Origin: an uncultured virus (IMG/VR IMGVR_UViG_3300022660_000071)
Taxonomy: Duplodnaviria > Heunggongvirae > Uroviricota > Caudoviricetes
Direction: 5' to 3' (one strand)
Length of the DNA stretch: 64,000 nucleotides
IMG/VR virus record: IMGVR_UViG_3300022660_000071
Below, piece by piece: positions 48,447 to 59,473 of the stretch; the first letter of the stretch is position 1; the number at the start of each line of letters is the position of its first letter. A program made the translations under genes and the position numbers. The notes below the pieces were generated by a model that searched no databases, was not told the DNA's origin, and worked only from the letters and a program-made list of their open reading frames with translations.

Positions 48447-50123
48447 TTAATTTTGAGGTTTTGTTCCAATACGAGAAATCTTTAATTGCCAGAACGCATC
48501 AGATTCTATAAGCTCGATGACTGGAACTTTATAGTTACCTTGATAAATATCTTCTACATCAGCGCATGTTGCGGTAAGATTATCAATACTAGCTCTATTG
48601 ACCTCTAAGTTATTAATACCTGCCTCTAAGTTCTCTGTAGCAATAAGGGTCTTTTTAACTGTAAGATTACCTGTAATTTCAGCGGTATCTGCAGTTATTT
48701 TTGCATCTGTATCATCAGCTTCGACTTTTTGAACTTTTAGCTCATTAGTTACCGTAGCAGTCTCTATACTGGCAGTAGTAATATCAGCAATATTAATATT
48801 AGCAGTGTCAGTAATATTAGCCGTGTCAATATTAGCAGTTGTTATATCCGCTTCAGGAGTAGTAATTTCAGTACTCGCATTAAGCGTAGGTGTTTCAATA
48901 TGTGTTTTAGCTGTAATAGTACCGGCCTCAGTTGAGTCACTATCAGCTCTTTCACCTACTACTAAGCTCGTTTCAATAGTCGCATCTTCATGCACTTTAA
49001 GGTTATTTTTCGCAATAAGATCGTGTTCTGCAGTAATGTCTTCTTTAGCTACAATATAGCCGCCATTATCAGCAGTAGCAGGTGTGACAGGCGTACCAAC
49101 ATTAATATTATCCTCTACCTTAAGATTACTCTTTATAGTAGTATCACCATCTATGTCTGTGAAACCTTCTACTTTGAGCGTTTTATCAGCCCCTTTTAGT
49201 GTGGTATTACCATAAATTACAATAGAATCTTCTGTTATGCCGTGTTCTATTCTAGGAAGATAAGCAGGTTGGTGAATAATCCAGTTAGCACCACTTTTTT
49301 CTAAGATACATAAAGACACTATATGTTGAGTTACTGATGTAGTAGATCCATCTCCATTTTCAAGTTGAACAGTACGCGAGAATTGATCTCTTGTTTTACA
49401 TTCATAGTTATCACCGTTAGTAGTTAGCGGGCTAGTAGAAAAAGAGAGTCCAGAGAAGTAATAGTTGCTAAGAGCTGCTATATAGTCTTGACCAGGCGAA
49501 TCGGTAAGATCAACATTCAGTAAGTCAAGACAAGGGCTTGAAAGCTTTGTTTCGGCACTAGGCTGGTCTCTTAAAATACTGGTATAATAATCAGGTAAGT
49601 TACTAGTACTTGAGTACAATTTCACATCTTCTAGTATTATATTAGCATAAATACTAGTTTTGTCAGCTATTTCATCTAATAAGCTTTGCGCTGCGGTTTT
49701 CTCGGCGTCAGTGGCTGTATCACTGCTTATTATACTTTGTAATTTAGTGTTAAAACCGCTAATTATTGCATCACCGAAAGCCGCAGGTGTTTTTAGAGAA
49801 CTAAGCCCAATATCAAAAAGATAACCTGCAAGTGAAAGCAAAATTCTACCATTTACAGCAGCAGACCCCTCATCCCATTCTTTTAAATAGGTTTGAGTAT
49901 AGCCATTTAAGCTAGAGTATTTTCTACTATTGGCTTCAGTATTTAAACGAGCTTCAGGATCAAATGGAATATAATAACTCTCTGTTGTGTCTACTGTGCC
50001 ATTCCTATCTTTGTCTATGTCTATTGAGATAAGTTCACTACGTCTACGTCCACTAGGAAAAGTTTTTACAGAAGAACTCTTCAAAAAGGTTAAAGTTGCA
50101 GCATTATTAATTTTATTAAACAT
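48447..50123 (-). CDS. Tail fibre/spike-like structural protein
   Basis: Beta-helix-like repeats (ANIDTANITDTANI, GNLTV) at the end of the baseplate operon. Confidence 0.55.
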   Translation of the reverse strand: MFNKINNAATLTFLKSSSVKTFPSGRRRSELISIDIDKDRNGTVDTTESYYIPFDPEARLNTEANSRKYSSLNGYTQTYLKEWDEGSAAVNGRILLSLAGYLFDIGLSSLKTPAAFGDAIISGFNTKLQSIISSDTATDAEKTAAQSLLDEIADKTSIYANIILEDVKLYSSTSNLPDYYTSILRDQPSAETKLSSPCLDLLNVDLTDSPGQDYIAALSNYYFSGLSFSTSPLTTNGDNYECKTRDQFSRTVQLENGDGSTTSVTQHIVSLCILEKSGANWIIHQPAYLPRIEHGITEDSIVIYGNTTLKGADKTLKVEGFTDIDGDTTIKSNLKVEDNINVGTPVTPATADNGGYIVAKEDITAEHDLIAKNNLKVHEDATIETSLVVGERADSDSTEAGTITAKTHIETPTLNASTEITTPEADITTANIDTANITDTANINIADITTASIETATVTNELKVQKVEADDTDAKITADTAEITGNLTVKKTLIATENLEAGINNLEVNRASIDNLTATCADVEDIYQGNYKVPVIELIESDAFWQLKISRIGTKPQN

Positions 50124-50145
50124 AAATTAAATATCTCCTTGAATA

Positions 50146-50679
50146 TTAATCACTTAATGTGGACTCATCATATGCGGTACCACCATTAATTATTTGTAAA
50201 TCCCAATCTACTACAAGAGCTGAATTCAGAAAGAATGAACTTTTTTTTAGGTCCCTCAATGAGAAGTTGGCTAAATAATCTGCATAAGCAGCATCAGGGT
50301 TAATAGGATTCTCTGGATATAGCCCAATATATACGTTTTCAAAAGAGCTTATTGAGCTAATTACCTCAAATGGAATACTAAAACTATATCGCACAGTACT
50401 ATTCTTTGCAGTACTTTCTACCTGCTTCGCTGCTGCAATTAACGGAAACTTATGACCGCTTGAAATTAACCCATTTTTTTCTGTATAGATACCTATTTGA
50501 CGAGGTAATTTTGAGTATGCACCGCCAAAATCACCTATAAAGCAGCTCGCTAAAAAGTCAAACAAAAGTTTGCCTCCACTATTGTGAGTTTGTCCTACTA
50601 CAATTTTTTTTGAACCAACCCATTGTGATAAGGTTACTTTACCCGAATAGGTAAGTGTATTTCTTGCAATATTTTTCAT
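50146..50679 (-). CDS. Putative baseplate/tail structural protein
   Basis: Beta-rich 177 aa (YSGKV...HNSG...VDWDL) in the baseplate operon. Confidence 0.5.
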   Translation of the reverse strand: MKNIARNTLTYSGKVTLSQWVGSKKIVVGQTHNSGGKLLFDFLASCFIGDFGGAYSKLPRQIGIYTEKNGLISSGHKFPLIAAAKQVESTAKNSTVRYSFSIPFEVISSISSFENVYIGLYPENPINPDAAYADYLANFSLRDLKKSSFFLNSALVVDWDLQIINGGTAYDESTLSD

Positions 50680-50709
50680 ATAAATAAATTCTCCTTGTGG
50701 TTAATTTAC

Positions 50710-50746
50710 ATATACTCCTTAATATATAACATATTAAGGAGTATAT
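50710..50746. repeat. Perfect 16-bp inverted repeat
   Basis: ATATACTCCTTAATAT-ATAAC-ATATTAAGGAGTATAT. Confidence 0.9.
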
Positions 50747-50759
50747 ATTTAACCAAAAA

Positions 50760-51533
50760 TTAATCTGGGGTTTCTAGTGTCTCAGCATCAACCTCGTCAG
50801 GAGGTGTACTGTTTGTAGGAAATGGATTCATTAAAGGTTCTACCACAGCTGCAATAATACTATTGTCAAGCAAGCCAGTATTTACCTCTACATCAAAATC
50901 TTCTTCAACAAAGTTAGCAAAAGTAAAGTTTTTAGCTGAAGCAGTGTCTACGTCAAACATAGTAGATAAACCAGTAGTTTGTTGAGTTTCTTCGACAAAT
51001 GTAAGGTCATTAACCATGGTAGCTGTAGCATTATCACGATAAGCTAATTGCGTAGTAATACCTTTTACAACGTCATTATTACGTATAACACGGCTACTCA
51101 TTCCAGCAGGAAGTATATAAGGCAATAAATCATTAAATAGTGCAATATCTACAAGGTCTTCTGGTAATGTTACTTGTAATTCGCCGTCTACGATTTTACT
51201 TTGGAAGCTACCAACGGCTCCAGAGGCTGCAATTAAAGCGTTTCCTGCATACGAGATAGCTGTTTTAGTACCTTTATATTTTAGTATTTTTGGTAGCGCA
51301 GCTACAAGGGCGGCTAACTGTTTTTGATTATAATTACGTTTTACTTTAAAACCTAAGGTCATTGCAAGTAGTTCAGTAAGTCTGGTGTCTACCTGACTGT
51401 TTGGTAAATCATATAGACTATCTACGTTGTGCTTAACTGAGTTAAGCACAACGTCTATCAACCAACCTAAATACTGAAAGTCTCGTGATGCTCTTGTGTA
51501 TATCGTAGGGACTTGATCCTTAAATCTAATCAT
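50760..51533 (-). CDS. Baseplate wedge protein (P2 gpI / T4 gp7-like)
   Basis: L.LLAMTLGF, KYKGTKTAI and YILPAGM motifs; follows the gp6-like gene. Confidence 0.65.
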   Translation of the reverse strand: MIRFKDQVPTIYTRASRDFQYLGWLIDVVLNSVKHNVDSLYDLPNSQVDTRLTELLAMTLGFKVKRNYNQKQLAALVAALPKILKYKGTKTAISYAGNALIAASGAVGSFQSKIVDGELQVTLPEDLVDIALFNDLLPYILPAGMSSRVIRNNDVVKGITTQLAYRDNATATMVNDLTFVEETQQTTGLSTMFDVDTASAKNFTFANFVEEDFDVEVNTGLLDNSIIAAVVEPLMNPFPTNSTPPDEVDAETLETPD

Positions 51534-51545
51534 AATAATCCTCCA

Positions 51546-54500
51546 TTATAAACGCGAAGAGCGTGCTAGCTGAATTCCACTGTCTAAGTAACTAATATCA
51601 ATTTTAGAAATAACAAAACTATTATTTACGTTATTAATATCATAGTTAGTAGCTGGATACATTAAAGTATTTAATTTGCTATCACCCTCATTAAAGTCAA
51701 TTGCTACGTCTGCTTCTACTGGAGTATTATAGTAAAATAAATTATTTTTATCTATATTACGTATTTCAGCTAAGAGCTGTTCTTCTAATTTAGCTCTAAT
51801 AAAAACTTCTTTAAATGATTCAGGAATATTACCTGCGCCTAGTGCTGTTATACCATTGTCTATTTGTCCATCATCATCTACGTCTTCACCAAGAAGTTCA
51901 GTTACAATTTCTGTTAACTGTTCGTCCTCATAACTAGTATTAATACTAACTATTTGTTCAATTTTAGAGCCAGGCTCAGCTCGGTTATCAACCAATTCAT
52001 ACCAGTTCTTATTATAGTAACGATATCTATAATCATCAGCTAAGTCATCCGTTGTACCAATTCTTCTGCCAGCACTATCTATCCAATAAAATCCGCCTGC
52101 TTCCGTCACAACCCTCCAAGCAGCCTTTAAGTTATCATCCAATAAAATCTTAAATATGTCCCACTCAGTCGGTTTAGCAACTGGTACCTTATCCTTAGCA
52201 GCCTTATAGGTGCTTAAATTAGCGATGTAACTACTTGGAAGTAGCGCACCATTATAGCTAATAGCATAGTCAGTTAAGGTATTAACAAGATATCTTAACT
52301 GTAATACAATATTATCAATAGCTGCATCAAGGTCGCGGTCTAATACTTGCACTTTTATGCCGTCTTCACTATTAATAAAGTTTCTAACCTCATTATAAAA
52401 ATCACCTTCAGGCAGTCCTCTTAAAAGTAAAATGCTTGGGCTTAGCATTTCAGCAGTAATTTTCAACAGATTTTCATCTAATTGAATTAATTTAGTAAGC
52501 TCTTCTTTTAGATCCGTTAAAATTTGCTGTTGAGCTAATACGTCATTTTCATCAATACTTTTTAGCTGAGTAGCTAGGTTATAAATGACTAATGCACCAG
52601 CATTGGTTTCCGTAAATGCATTTAATTTAGTCTGAACCTCAGGAATAGCTAGTGCGCTATTACTCAGTGTTTCAACAATTGCTTTTTTATTGCTTACTTG
52701 GTTACTTTTATATACTAAATCTTTAGCTTGTTTATAAAGCTTTTTAAATAATTTAATATTTGCGAGTTTATGAAGAACTGGTCGGTCTGTTAAAACATTA
52801 GTATTAATAACTGCTGCCGATATAGATAAATCTCTAACAATTGCACGAATAGCACTATATAAAGGTTCAACTTCATCTTTAATAGCTTTTTTCATATAGT
52901 CAGGCCAAACTGTCACTATTGCTTCATTACCAAAAGGAAGGTCACTACTCGCTAAAGTATTATTAGAAAAACTTTCTACAGTCTCTTCATACTCTGTTCT
53001 TTTTTGGATAGCTAATTCAAGCTGTTCTATTAAAATGTTACGGTTAAGAATAGTACTATCACGTAATAATGCTAAAATAGTATCTTTACTAGCCAAGTTA
53101 GTAATTTTTGTGAGCTCAGTTGTAATTATTTGTGCATTTGCTTTTGCTGCCGCCCAAATAACTCTCTCTATCTGTTCGACACAATCTACGATATCATCGT
53201 CTTTGTTACTATCGGTTTTGCTATATACCAACGTAAGTACTTCGTCAATTTTGTTTATAAGTGAGTTATTACTAAACTCGAGCGCACCACCCAGCTCTTG
53301 TAAATGGTCAAGAAGCTCAGCATATAAGCTATTCTCTGCTGCTTCATTGACTTTACTTAATATAGCAGATATATTAAGAGTTTTTACTTCAGCACGAAGG
53401 TCTAGTAACAACTCAGCTACAGACGTATAGTCAATATCAGTTTCAGATTTGACCGCCGTAGATATAGCACTAATTTGGTTTTCAATACTAGAAGCGTCAT
53501 CTGATAATAGTGCTGTGGTCAGCTCATCTATTAAGTCTTCAATATCACTATATTTAAATGTATAAATCTTTCTAGCCAATTCCTCTTCCTGGCTAGCGAT
53601 TAACTCAGAAACAATATACTCAAGCTTGTTGTCATATTCAGAATTAATTTTTGCCAAACTTGCTACTTTTAAAGCATTTTTAAGCCCGTCGTCTGAGAGG
53701 TAGCTTGACCCAGTAGCCTTGACAGCTATATTATAGTCATCGACAATATCTTCTTGACTCAACTCTTCAATATTTTCCATATTAGTCGATACATCGCTAT
53801 ACAAATTAGCTAGCGCATCAATTAAACTTTGTTGTAATGCACTAATATCATCAAAATTATTTAAAAGGTCTGCAAGACTCTTTGTAATATCTTCGATAGC
53901 TTTATTATCATCTAAAGCTTTTTGAAGTTCTTTCTCAGCAGATAGCGATTCAGTTAAGGCTTCAAACTGCGTAATTAAAGTAGTTAAAGTATCAGTAGTT
54001 TTAAAAGACGTATCGTCATCGTCAGTTTTAATTAAGGCCTCGAGTTCACTAATTGCCTGTTTTAAGAACTCTTTAATAATCTCTGCTTTTGGTCTATCAG
54101 CAGCTAATGAAGCTTCTGCTACTGAGACTTTATTATTAAGTTCTTGTATTCTAGCTTCAACTTTCTGTAGCGCTTCTTCAGTAAGAGCTTTCTTAAGATT
54201 TTTACGAGCACGAGAATCAATTTCGTTCCAAGTTGTCGTATCAGAAGTAGCTAAGTAGCCTAATTGCTCTAAGTTTAATCCATGAGTAGTTTTTTGATTA
54301 TCATTAATTTTAGAAACATCGACTAATCGTAGAGTATCAAAGCATAGTAAACCATTAGGAGCATTTGATGTAATATAAATATCACAAGATTCTGAAATGC
54401 GAATACAGTTTAATCCTGGGGTTAGCTCTAATCCAGTGTCCTCTGAATAAGTTGCTCTACTTGAATTAAATAGTGATATTATATCATTAGCAGACCCAGG

Positions 54501-57500
54501 AAGTAATCTAAGGCTTGTATGGTATTGCGTATCTTGTTTTAAATAGATACTAAATATGCCATAAGTATTTGGAAGTATTGTAGTAGACAACTTTAAAGCA
54601 TTGTAAGTAATATCTCCGTGATCGTCTGTTTTACTTCCGATTTCTCTTAATAACACCTGACTCCAAGAACTAGCACTTTTAGTTATTTTTACATCACCGC
54701 TTGAGAGGCTAGCCCTCAACGGTATTATAGAATTTTCCTGAACTTGTATTACTGAAGGAGTTTCTTCTGCAGTAACTTTAAAAGTAAAACTTTTGGCATC
54801 TGTATTTAGATAAATATCAGATAACGACAGCTCACCCGTACTAGACTGGCCAGTAACGTTGGCTTTAAAAGAAAGCGGGAAGCTAGGCTCTGCCTCAATA
54901 ACTTTTATTTTCTTATTATCGGTATCATATAAAGCTATACTTGTTTTCACCTTATCCGTATTACGTAGTGTTTGAGCAACAGAAGGAGACACATTTATTT
55001 CTAATAAACTACAAGCTTCCCATCCATTACCCTCATTGTCGTCGATATCGATTAGTGGAAGTTTGTCAGGTTCAGTTTCACCAGCTATCGTGTAAGACAC
55101 ATCGGCACATTTACACCAAGAGCCATCTAACTTACCTGGAACTCTACCCACAGTTCTTAAAGTGTTTAACTTATCATTTTGACCTAGTGTTTTATATTGA
55201 TATTCTTGGAAAATAATTTTATCATTTATACCAGAGACGCTGACAGCCTTCCATGGTATCTCAGAAATACCTGAGTCTAAGATAGTAGAAATATCAATAA
55301 TATCACAAGTAGGTATTTTTACATTGCCTTCAAGAGTAATACCGGTGCCCGTTGAATAGTAAGCAAGTTCAGACTTATTTTTATCTGTATAAAAGAAGTA
55401 TTCACCCTCTTTTAAAATATACGTACTACTACGTTGACCACTGGCTACGTCTTTAGCTTGGATAGTTTCCAATGCGGGACAATCATTAAAGTTCTTATAA
55501 ACGTATATAACTGCATCATCTGTAGCAAAAGTATCTTTACCTAATGCTACGCTAGAAGGTTCTCTAATCTCTATTTGCTCGTTTACACCTAGACTGAATA
55601 GTTCTATGTCACGTTTATTGCCATCGATAACGAAATCGGCAGATCCTATAGGAGAGTTCCCTTCATTTTGAAATGCCGTTGAATCTTTTAAGCCACTCGT
55701 AAAACCATTAGGTCGTATAATAGTATTTTGGATTACTTTTGTAATAGGGGCTTGGTTTTCGTCAGTAGTGCCATCTTCTGATGTTGATGAAGGTGTATAT
55801 TTAATGCATAAATATTCACCGTCTCTCAATTTATACTCAGTATCATTAGCAATTTCAGCGGCAACAGCGTCGTTACCTAACGTTTCTGCAATATAAATCC
55901 CTTGTAACCTGTTATTTAACGTATTATTTGCATCAATATACGTATCAAGTATTCCAAAGTATTCAGTTGAGAAAGAAAGTAGCTTGTAACCGTTATCTAT
56001 TAAACCGCCTAAAATATATTTACCTGTTGGATATGAACTACCTGTGTATTTTCGCCATAAATTATTACCTCCCTCTGAGGCAGGAGCATTGCCATTAAAT
56101 TTAATATGTTCATTAACAAACTCTTTCCAGAAGTCTAAATTAGTACTTGTAAATGGAACATATTCAATTTTATATGAAATTTCCCAGTTTGAAGTAGTAT
56201 TAGCGCCAATAATTTCACTGTTTATATATTCTAAAATGTTATTAAGCTGTTCAGCGCTGTAAACTAAAACAGTCTTAGTGTCTATGTCTGGATTAAGACC
56301 AAACCCTATTATTGTATCGTCATCAATATCCCCAACGACACCGTTAGGGGCATTAATGAGTGTAGGATCAGCGTAATAAAATTTAATACAACTGCTTTGA
56401 TATAAAATTGTATTAATAGGCTGCTTATCTATAGTAGGTGCAGCACTGCTAACATTACCATTCTTGACATCTTGTTTTAAAAATGTCGTAACAACCCCTT
56501 TATCACCATTCGTGCGTGTGTAGTTAAATAAATCGTCCCAAAGACTTTGACCAACTATTAAATTAAATAATGTATCAGCGACAGCCGGTGAAGCTTCTTG
56601 AGTGTTAGTTCTATCAAGATGTAAATGATAATTCACATAAGCGGGATAGGTTTCGGTAGTTCTAAAGTTTTTAGCTCTAAATTTTATTTGCTCCCCAGCA
56701 TTTAGGGTGACGTCCTTTATATGGTCATCATTACTATCAGTAGAAGTTATTAAGCATTCAGATTTAATCTTAGTGATTTTACTATTAGCTTCTGAAGTAA
56801 TAATATTATTCGGATATTTAGGAGTAACAACTGTACTACCATCTCCATTTTCGATAACTTCTTTAGGAGACTCTGTTTTTGTACAGGTATAGTTATAAAT
56901 ACGTGTCGCGTCAGGATTTGCTTCTATCTCATCAAGGTTGGTTGGCTCACCACGAGCGCCGTTACGAGCATAAGTATCATTTGTATCTTTGTCACACCAA
57001 AGCAAATAAGGAGCATCTTTGTTAATATCACTATTAAAGTACGCTAGACAAGCCTCAGGAAGGCTGCTAGGATTGATTGGCTTAGTAACTTGATATGGTT
57101 TTTCGCTAAAATCAGAGGTAAATGTGGTATTATACTTAAACAAAGGCACCCTACCTGCTAAGATATTACGAACAACTAGCTTATTATAAAGCTCCCTAGC
57201 TTTTTTAGTATCAAAAGTGCCAGTAGAAGGCGTGTCTGTCTCAAAACGTTTAGAAGCCGTCGCCTGCTCAAGCGTTAACCAATTATCAGAGGCTACTGCA
57301 TACTCTTTAATTTCTACAGTGTCTGCAGTTATTACCTTATCTATTACCGTAAAAGTGGTATATAGGTCAGGCTCATTTAAAGAAACTACTTTAATTTTAG
57401 AGTCTGCGTGCTCTATGACATCAACGATGCTTTCAAATGGAATCTCTTCACCAAAATCTAGTTCACGCATATTAAAAGCATTTGCTAACGCAATTTTAAT

Positions 57501-59048
57501 TTTTTCTTTTATTAATTGAGCTTCTTCTACAGAAACTTTATTATTAGTGCCAACTATAGCATTTAATCTTAAATAATTATTAATGCTTAGGATGTCGCCC
57601 TCTTTCGGTTTTACGAAATTGTGAGCGATAGTTTTTAAGCCTGTATTTTCTAGTTCCACTTCAATATTGTTAAAAGTTTGTGGGTTATACGTAAATGATG
57701 CATCATATGTAGACTGAACTGGAGTAGAAAGACTGCGAATCTGGGTGTATGACTTAAATGGATAGATCACAAGGTCAAAGTGGTTAATCTTTGGCTCCTC
57801 AATATCTATATTAACAATATCTCCGTTTTTAGTAGTAAACTCCTTAGTCACTGTACTAGTTAGCGGCATTTCCTTATAATAAATACCAGCATCATCACAA
57901 CTACAAATAGTAATAGCTCTATTAAGGTCATTTCTAATATCAGTAACTAATACGTTAGAAACATAAGGCTTGCCAACATCAGTACTAAGACTGTAAATCT
58001 TATTCATATAGTCTCTACAAGTAACAAGAGTTTCAAAAGTACCGATAGTCTTTTTAAAATTATTATACGCTTGACCAATAGTTTCTAAGTTTACACCAGA
58101 GGTAGCTGCGAACATATTTGTTGCACTAAAGCTTTCTGCAGCTACTTTTGACCAGTTACCTCCTGTAGGAAGCTCAATTTGGGTAAGGGTGTTTACTGAT
58201 ACATTACCATTTGCGCCACTAGTTCTAGCATAATAAATAAATAAACCATCATTAATCAATTCACTACAGTCTGTTGGAAACTCTACGTAAGGACGCCCTT
58301 CATATGAGTTATAACCAAACTTAAAGACCCTCGTATTACTTGCTTGTACGTTTAAATTATCAACTTTTTCCCAAGGCGTACCATCAACAATTTGACCAGT
58401 AACCTCATCATTGGAAACATTATAAATAAAAATACCGTTTTCAGCGATTTGTGTTTCAGGTAAATAGAACTTATTTCCTTCGGATAATTGAGCAAGAGTA
58501 ATTACATTATTATTAACAGTGCTCTCGCATTTAACAATTTGGCCTTCCATACAGCTAACTGTTACAGATGGCGCTTTACTTGAAATATATAAAGGAATCT
58601 GATTAGTGGTAAAATAACTAATATCCTTATCAGCGTTAGTAATAACAGTAAATTTCGGTATTTCTAGACCAGTGGAATTCGATACAACGTGTACTTCCTC
58701 ATCAGAAGGATCAGAGTTATAATACTTAACAGTAACACTAGTTTCTGCTGAACGATAGTACTTCATGCTATAACCAAGCATATCACAAAGTTTACGCATA
58801 GAATCTTCTTGTGCTGCTGTTGGCATAAAAGCCTCTAGAGTATTTTTGTCAATATTATAATTTAACTTATCAGCAATACCAGTCAAAGCTTTTAGTATAA
58901 CAATACCTGGGTCACTCTCGTTAGTAGATGTAGGATCCCAGCGCTCTGATAACTTGCCAGCAACGTCTAAAAGTTCGTTCCAAATTTGAACGAAATCTTT
59001 TTTGGTTGGTGATAAACTTAATGTTGAAATTTCATTTTTAGTAAGCAT
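51546..59048 (-). CDS. Giant baseplate wedge protein (gp6/J-like N-terminus), 2500 aa
   Basis: KDF..IWNELL, SDPG.VIL, LNYNID, LGY, Y.RTSG.NGN and TLVT.RDY; follows the gp25-like gene. Confidence 0.75.
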   Translation of the reverse strand: MLTKNEISTLSLSPTKKDFVQIWNELLDVAGKLSERWDPTSTNESDPGIVILKALTGIADKLNYNIDKNTLEAFMPTAAQEDSMRKLCDMLGYSMKYYRSAETSVTVKYYNSDPSDEEVHVVSNSTGLEIPKFTVITNADKDISYFTTNQIPLYISSKAPSVTVSCMEGQIVKCESTVNNNVITLAQLSEGNKFYLPETQIAENGIFIYNVSNDEVTGQIVDGTPWEKVDNLNVQASNTRVFKFGYNSYEGRPYVEFPTDCSELINDGLFIYYARTSGANGNVSVNTLTQIELPTGGNWSKVAAESFSATNMFAATSGVNLETIGQAYNNFKKTIGTFETLVTCRDYMNKIYSLSTDVGKPYVSNVLVTDIRNDLNRAITICSCDDAGIYYKEMPLTSTVTKEFTTKNGDIVNIDIEEPKINHFDLVIYPFKSYTQIRSLSTPVQSTYDASFTYNPQTFNNIEVELENTGLKTIAHNFVKPKEGDILSINNYLRLNAIVGTNNKVSVEEAQLIKEKIKIALANAFNMRELDFGEEIPFESIVDVIEHADSKIKVVSLNEPDLYTTFTVIDKVITADTVEIKEYAVASDNWLTLEQATASKRFETDTPSTGTFDTKKARELYNKLVVRNILAGRVPLFKYNTTFTSDFSEKPYQVTKPINPSSLPEACLAYFNSDINKDAPYLLWCDKDTNDTYARNGARGEPTNLDEIEANPDATRIYNYTCTKTESPKEVIENGDGSTVVTPKYPNNIITSEANSKITKIKSECLITSTDSNDDHIKDVTLNAGEQIKFRAKNFRTTETYPAYVNYHLHLDRTNTQEASPAVADTLFNLIVGQSLWDDLFNYTRTNGDKGVVTTFLKQDVKNGNVSSAAPTIDKQPINTILYQSSCIKFYYADPTLINAPNGVVGDIDDDTIIGFGLNPDIDTKTVLVYSAEQLNNILEYINSEIIGANTTSNWEISYKIEYVPFTSTNLDFWKEFVNEHIKFNGNAPASEGGNNLWRKYTGSSYPTGKYILGGLIDNGYKLLSFSTEYFGILDTYIDANNTLNNRLQGIYIAETLGNDAVAAEIANDTEYKLRDGEYLCIKYTPSSTSEDGTTDENQAPITKVIQNTIIRPNGFTSGLKDSTAFQNEGNSPIGSADFVIDGNKRDIELFSLGVNEQIEIREPSSVALGKDTFATDDAVIYVYKNFNDCPALETIQAKDVASGQRSSTYILKEGEYFFYTDKNKSELAYYSTGTGITLEGNVKIPTCDIIDISTILDSGISEIPWKAVSVSGINDKIIFQEYQYKTLGQNDKLNTLRTVGRVPGKLDGSWCKCADVSYTIAGETEPDKLPLIDIDDNEGNGWEACSLLEINVSPSVAQTLRNTDKVKTSIALYDTDNKKIKVIEAEPSFPLSFKANVTGQSSTGELSLSDIYLNTDAKSFTFKVTAEETPSVIQVQENSIIPLRASLSSGDVKITKSASSWSQVLLREIGSKTDDHGDITYNALKLSTTILPNTYGIFSIYLKQDTQYHTSLRLLPGSANDIISLFNSSRATYSEDTGLELTPGLNCIRISESCDIYITSNAPNGLLCFDTLRLVDVSKINDNQKTTHGLNLEQLGYLATSDTTTWNEIDSRARKNLKKALTEEALQKVEARIQELNNKVSVAEASLAADRPKAEIIKEFLKQAISELEALIKTDDDDTSFKTTDTLTTLITQFEALTESLSAEKELQKALDDNKAIEDITKSLADLLNNFDDISALQQSLIDALANLYSDVSTNMENIEELSQEDIVDDYNIAVKATGSSYLSDDGLKNALKVASLAKINSEYDNKLEYIVSELIASQEEELARKIYTFKYSDIEDLIDELTTALLSDDASSIENQISAISTAVKSETDIDYTSVAELLLDLRAEVKTLNISAILSKVNEAAENSLYAELLDHLQELGGALEFSNNSLINKIDEVLTLVYSKTDSNKDDDIVDCVEQIERVIWAAAKANAQIITTELTKITNLASKDTILALLRDSTILNRNILIEQLELAIQKRTEYEETVESFSNNTLASSDLPFGNEAIVTVWPDYMKKAIKDEVEPLYSAIRAIVRDLSISAAVINTNVLTDRPVLHKLANIKLFKKLYKQAKDLVYKSNQVSNKKAIVETLSNSALAIPEVQTKLNAFTETNAGALVIYNLATQLKSIDENDVLAQQQILTDLKEELTKLIQLDENLLKITAEMLSPSILLLRGLPEGDFYNEVRNFINSEDGIKVQVLDRDLDAAIDNIVLQLRYLVNTLTDYAISYNGALLPSSYIANLSTYKAAKDKVPVAKPTEWDIFKILLDDNLKAAWRVVTEAGGFYWIDSAGRRIGTTDDLADDYRYRYYNKNWYELVDNRAEPGSKIEQIVSINTSYEDEQLTEIVTELLGEDVDDDGQIDNGITALGAGNIPESFKEVFIRAKLEEQLLAEIRNIDKNNLFYYNTPVEADVAIDFNEGDSKLNTLMYPATNYDINNVNNSFVISKIDISYLDSGIQLARSSRL

Positions 59049-59064
59049 TTTCTACTCTCCTGTT

Positions 59065-59457
59065 TTACGATATTTGACGTGCTTCATCAAATAGTAATAA
59101 ATTAAAAGTATTGTGTGTATAATCAATCTGGTTAATGCCAGAAAATTTACAGTATAATTTACCTTTTTGTACGTCAGTAATAATGTCTACTGAATTTCTA
59201 GTTATTTTAATTTGAGGCAAAAATATTGCAATCTGAGTATAAAGTGTATCAATTAACATATCTTTTAATACATAGCTATTTTGGTTAAACATATAGTGTT
59301 TTAATAAAATACCAAAATACGGATCACACTCAAGTTCTCCGCGCTCAGATTGAAGCAGTAATAACACGTTCTGTTTAGTAGCCTTTCCGTACTCGTCTGC
59401 ACGCCAAATTTGAGAACTATTTGACCTAAACATTTTTGGAAACTTGTAAGATCTCAT
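59065..59457 (-). CDS. Baseplate gp25/GPW-like protein
   Basis: LLLQSERGEL..DPYFG and IAIFLPQI. Confidence 0.8.
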   Translation of the reverse strand: MRSYKFPKMFRSNSSQIWRADEYGKATKQNVLLLLQSERGELECDPYFGILLKHYMFNQNSYVLKDMLIDTLYTQIAIFLPQIKITRNSVDIITDVQKGKLYCKFSGINQIDYTHNTFNLLLFDEARQIS

Positions 59458-59473
59458 AAACTATACTCCTATT

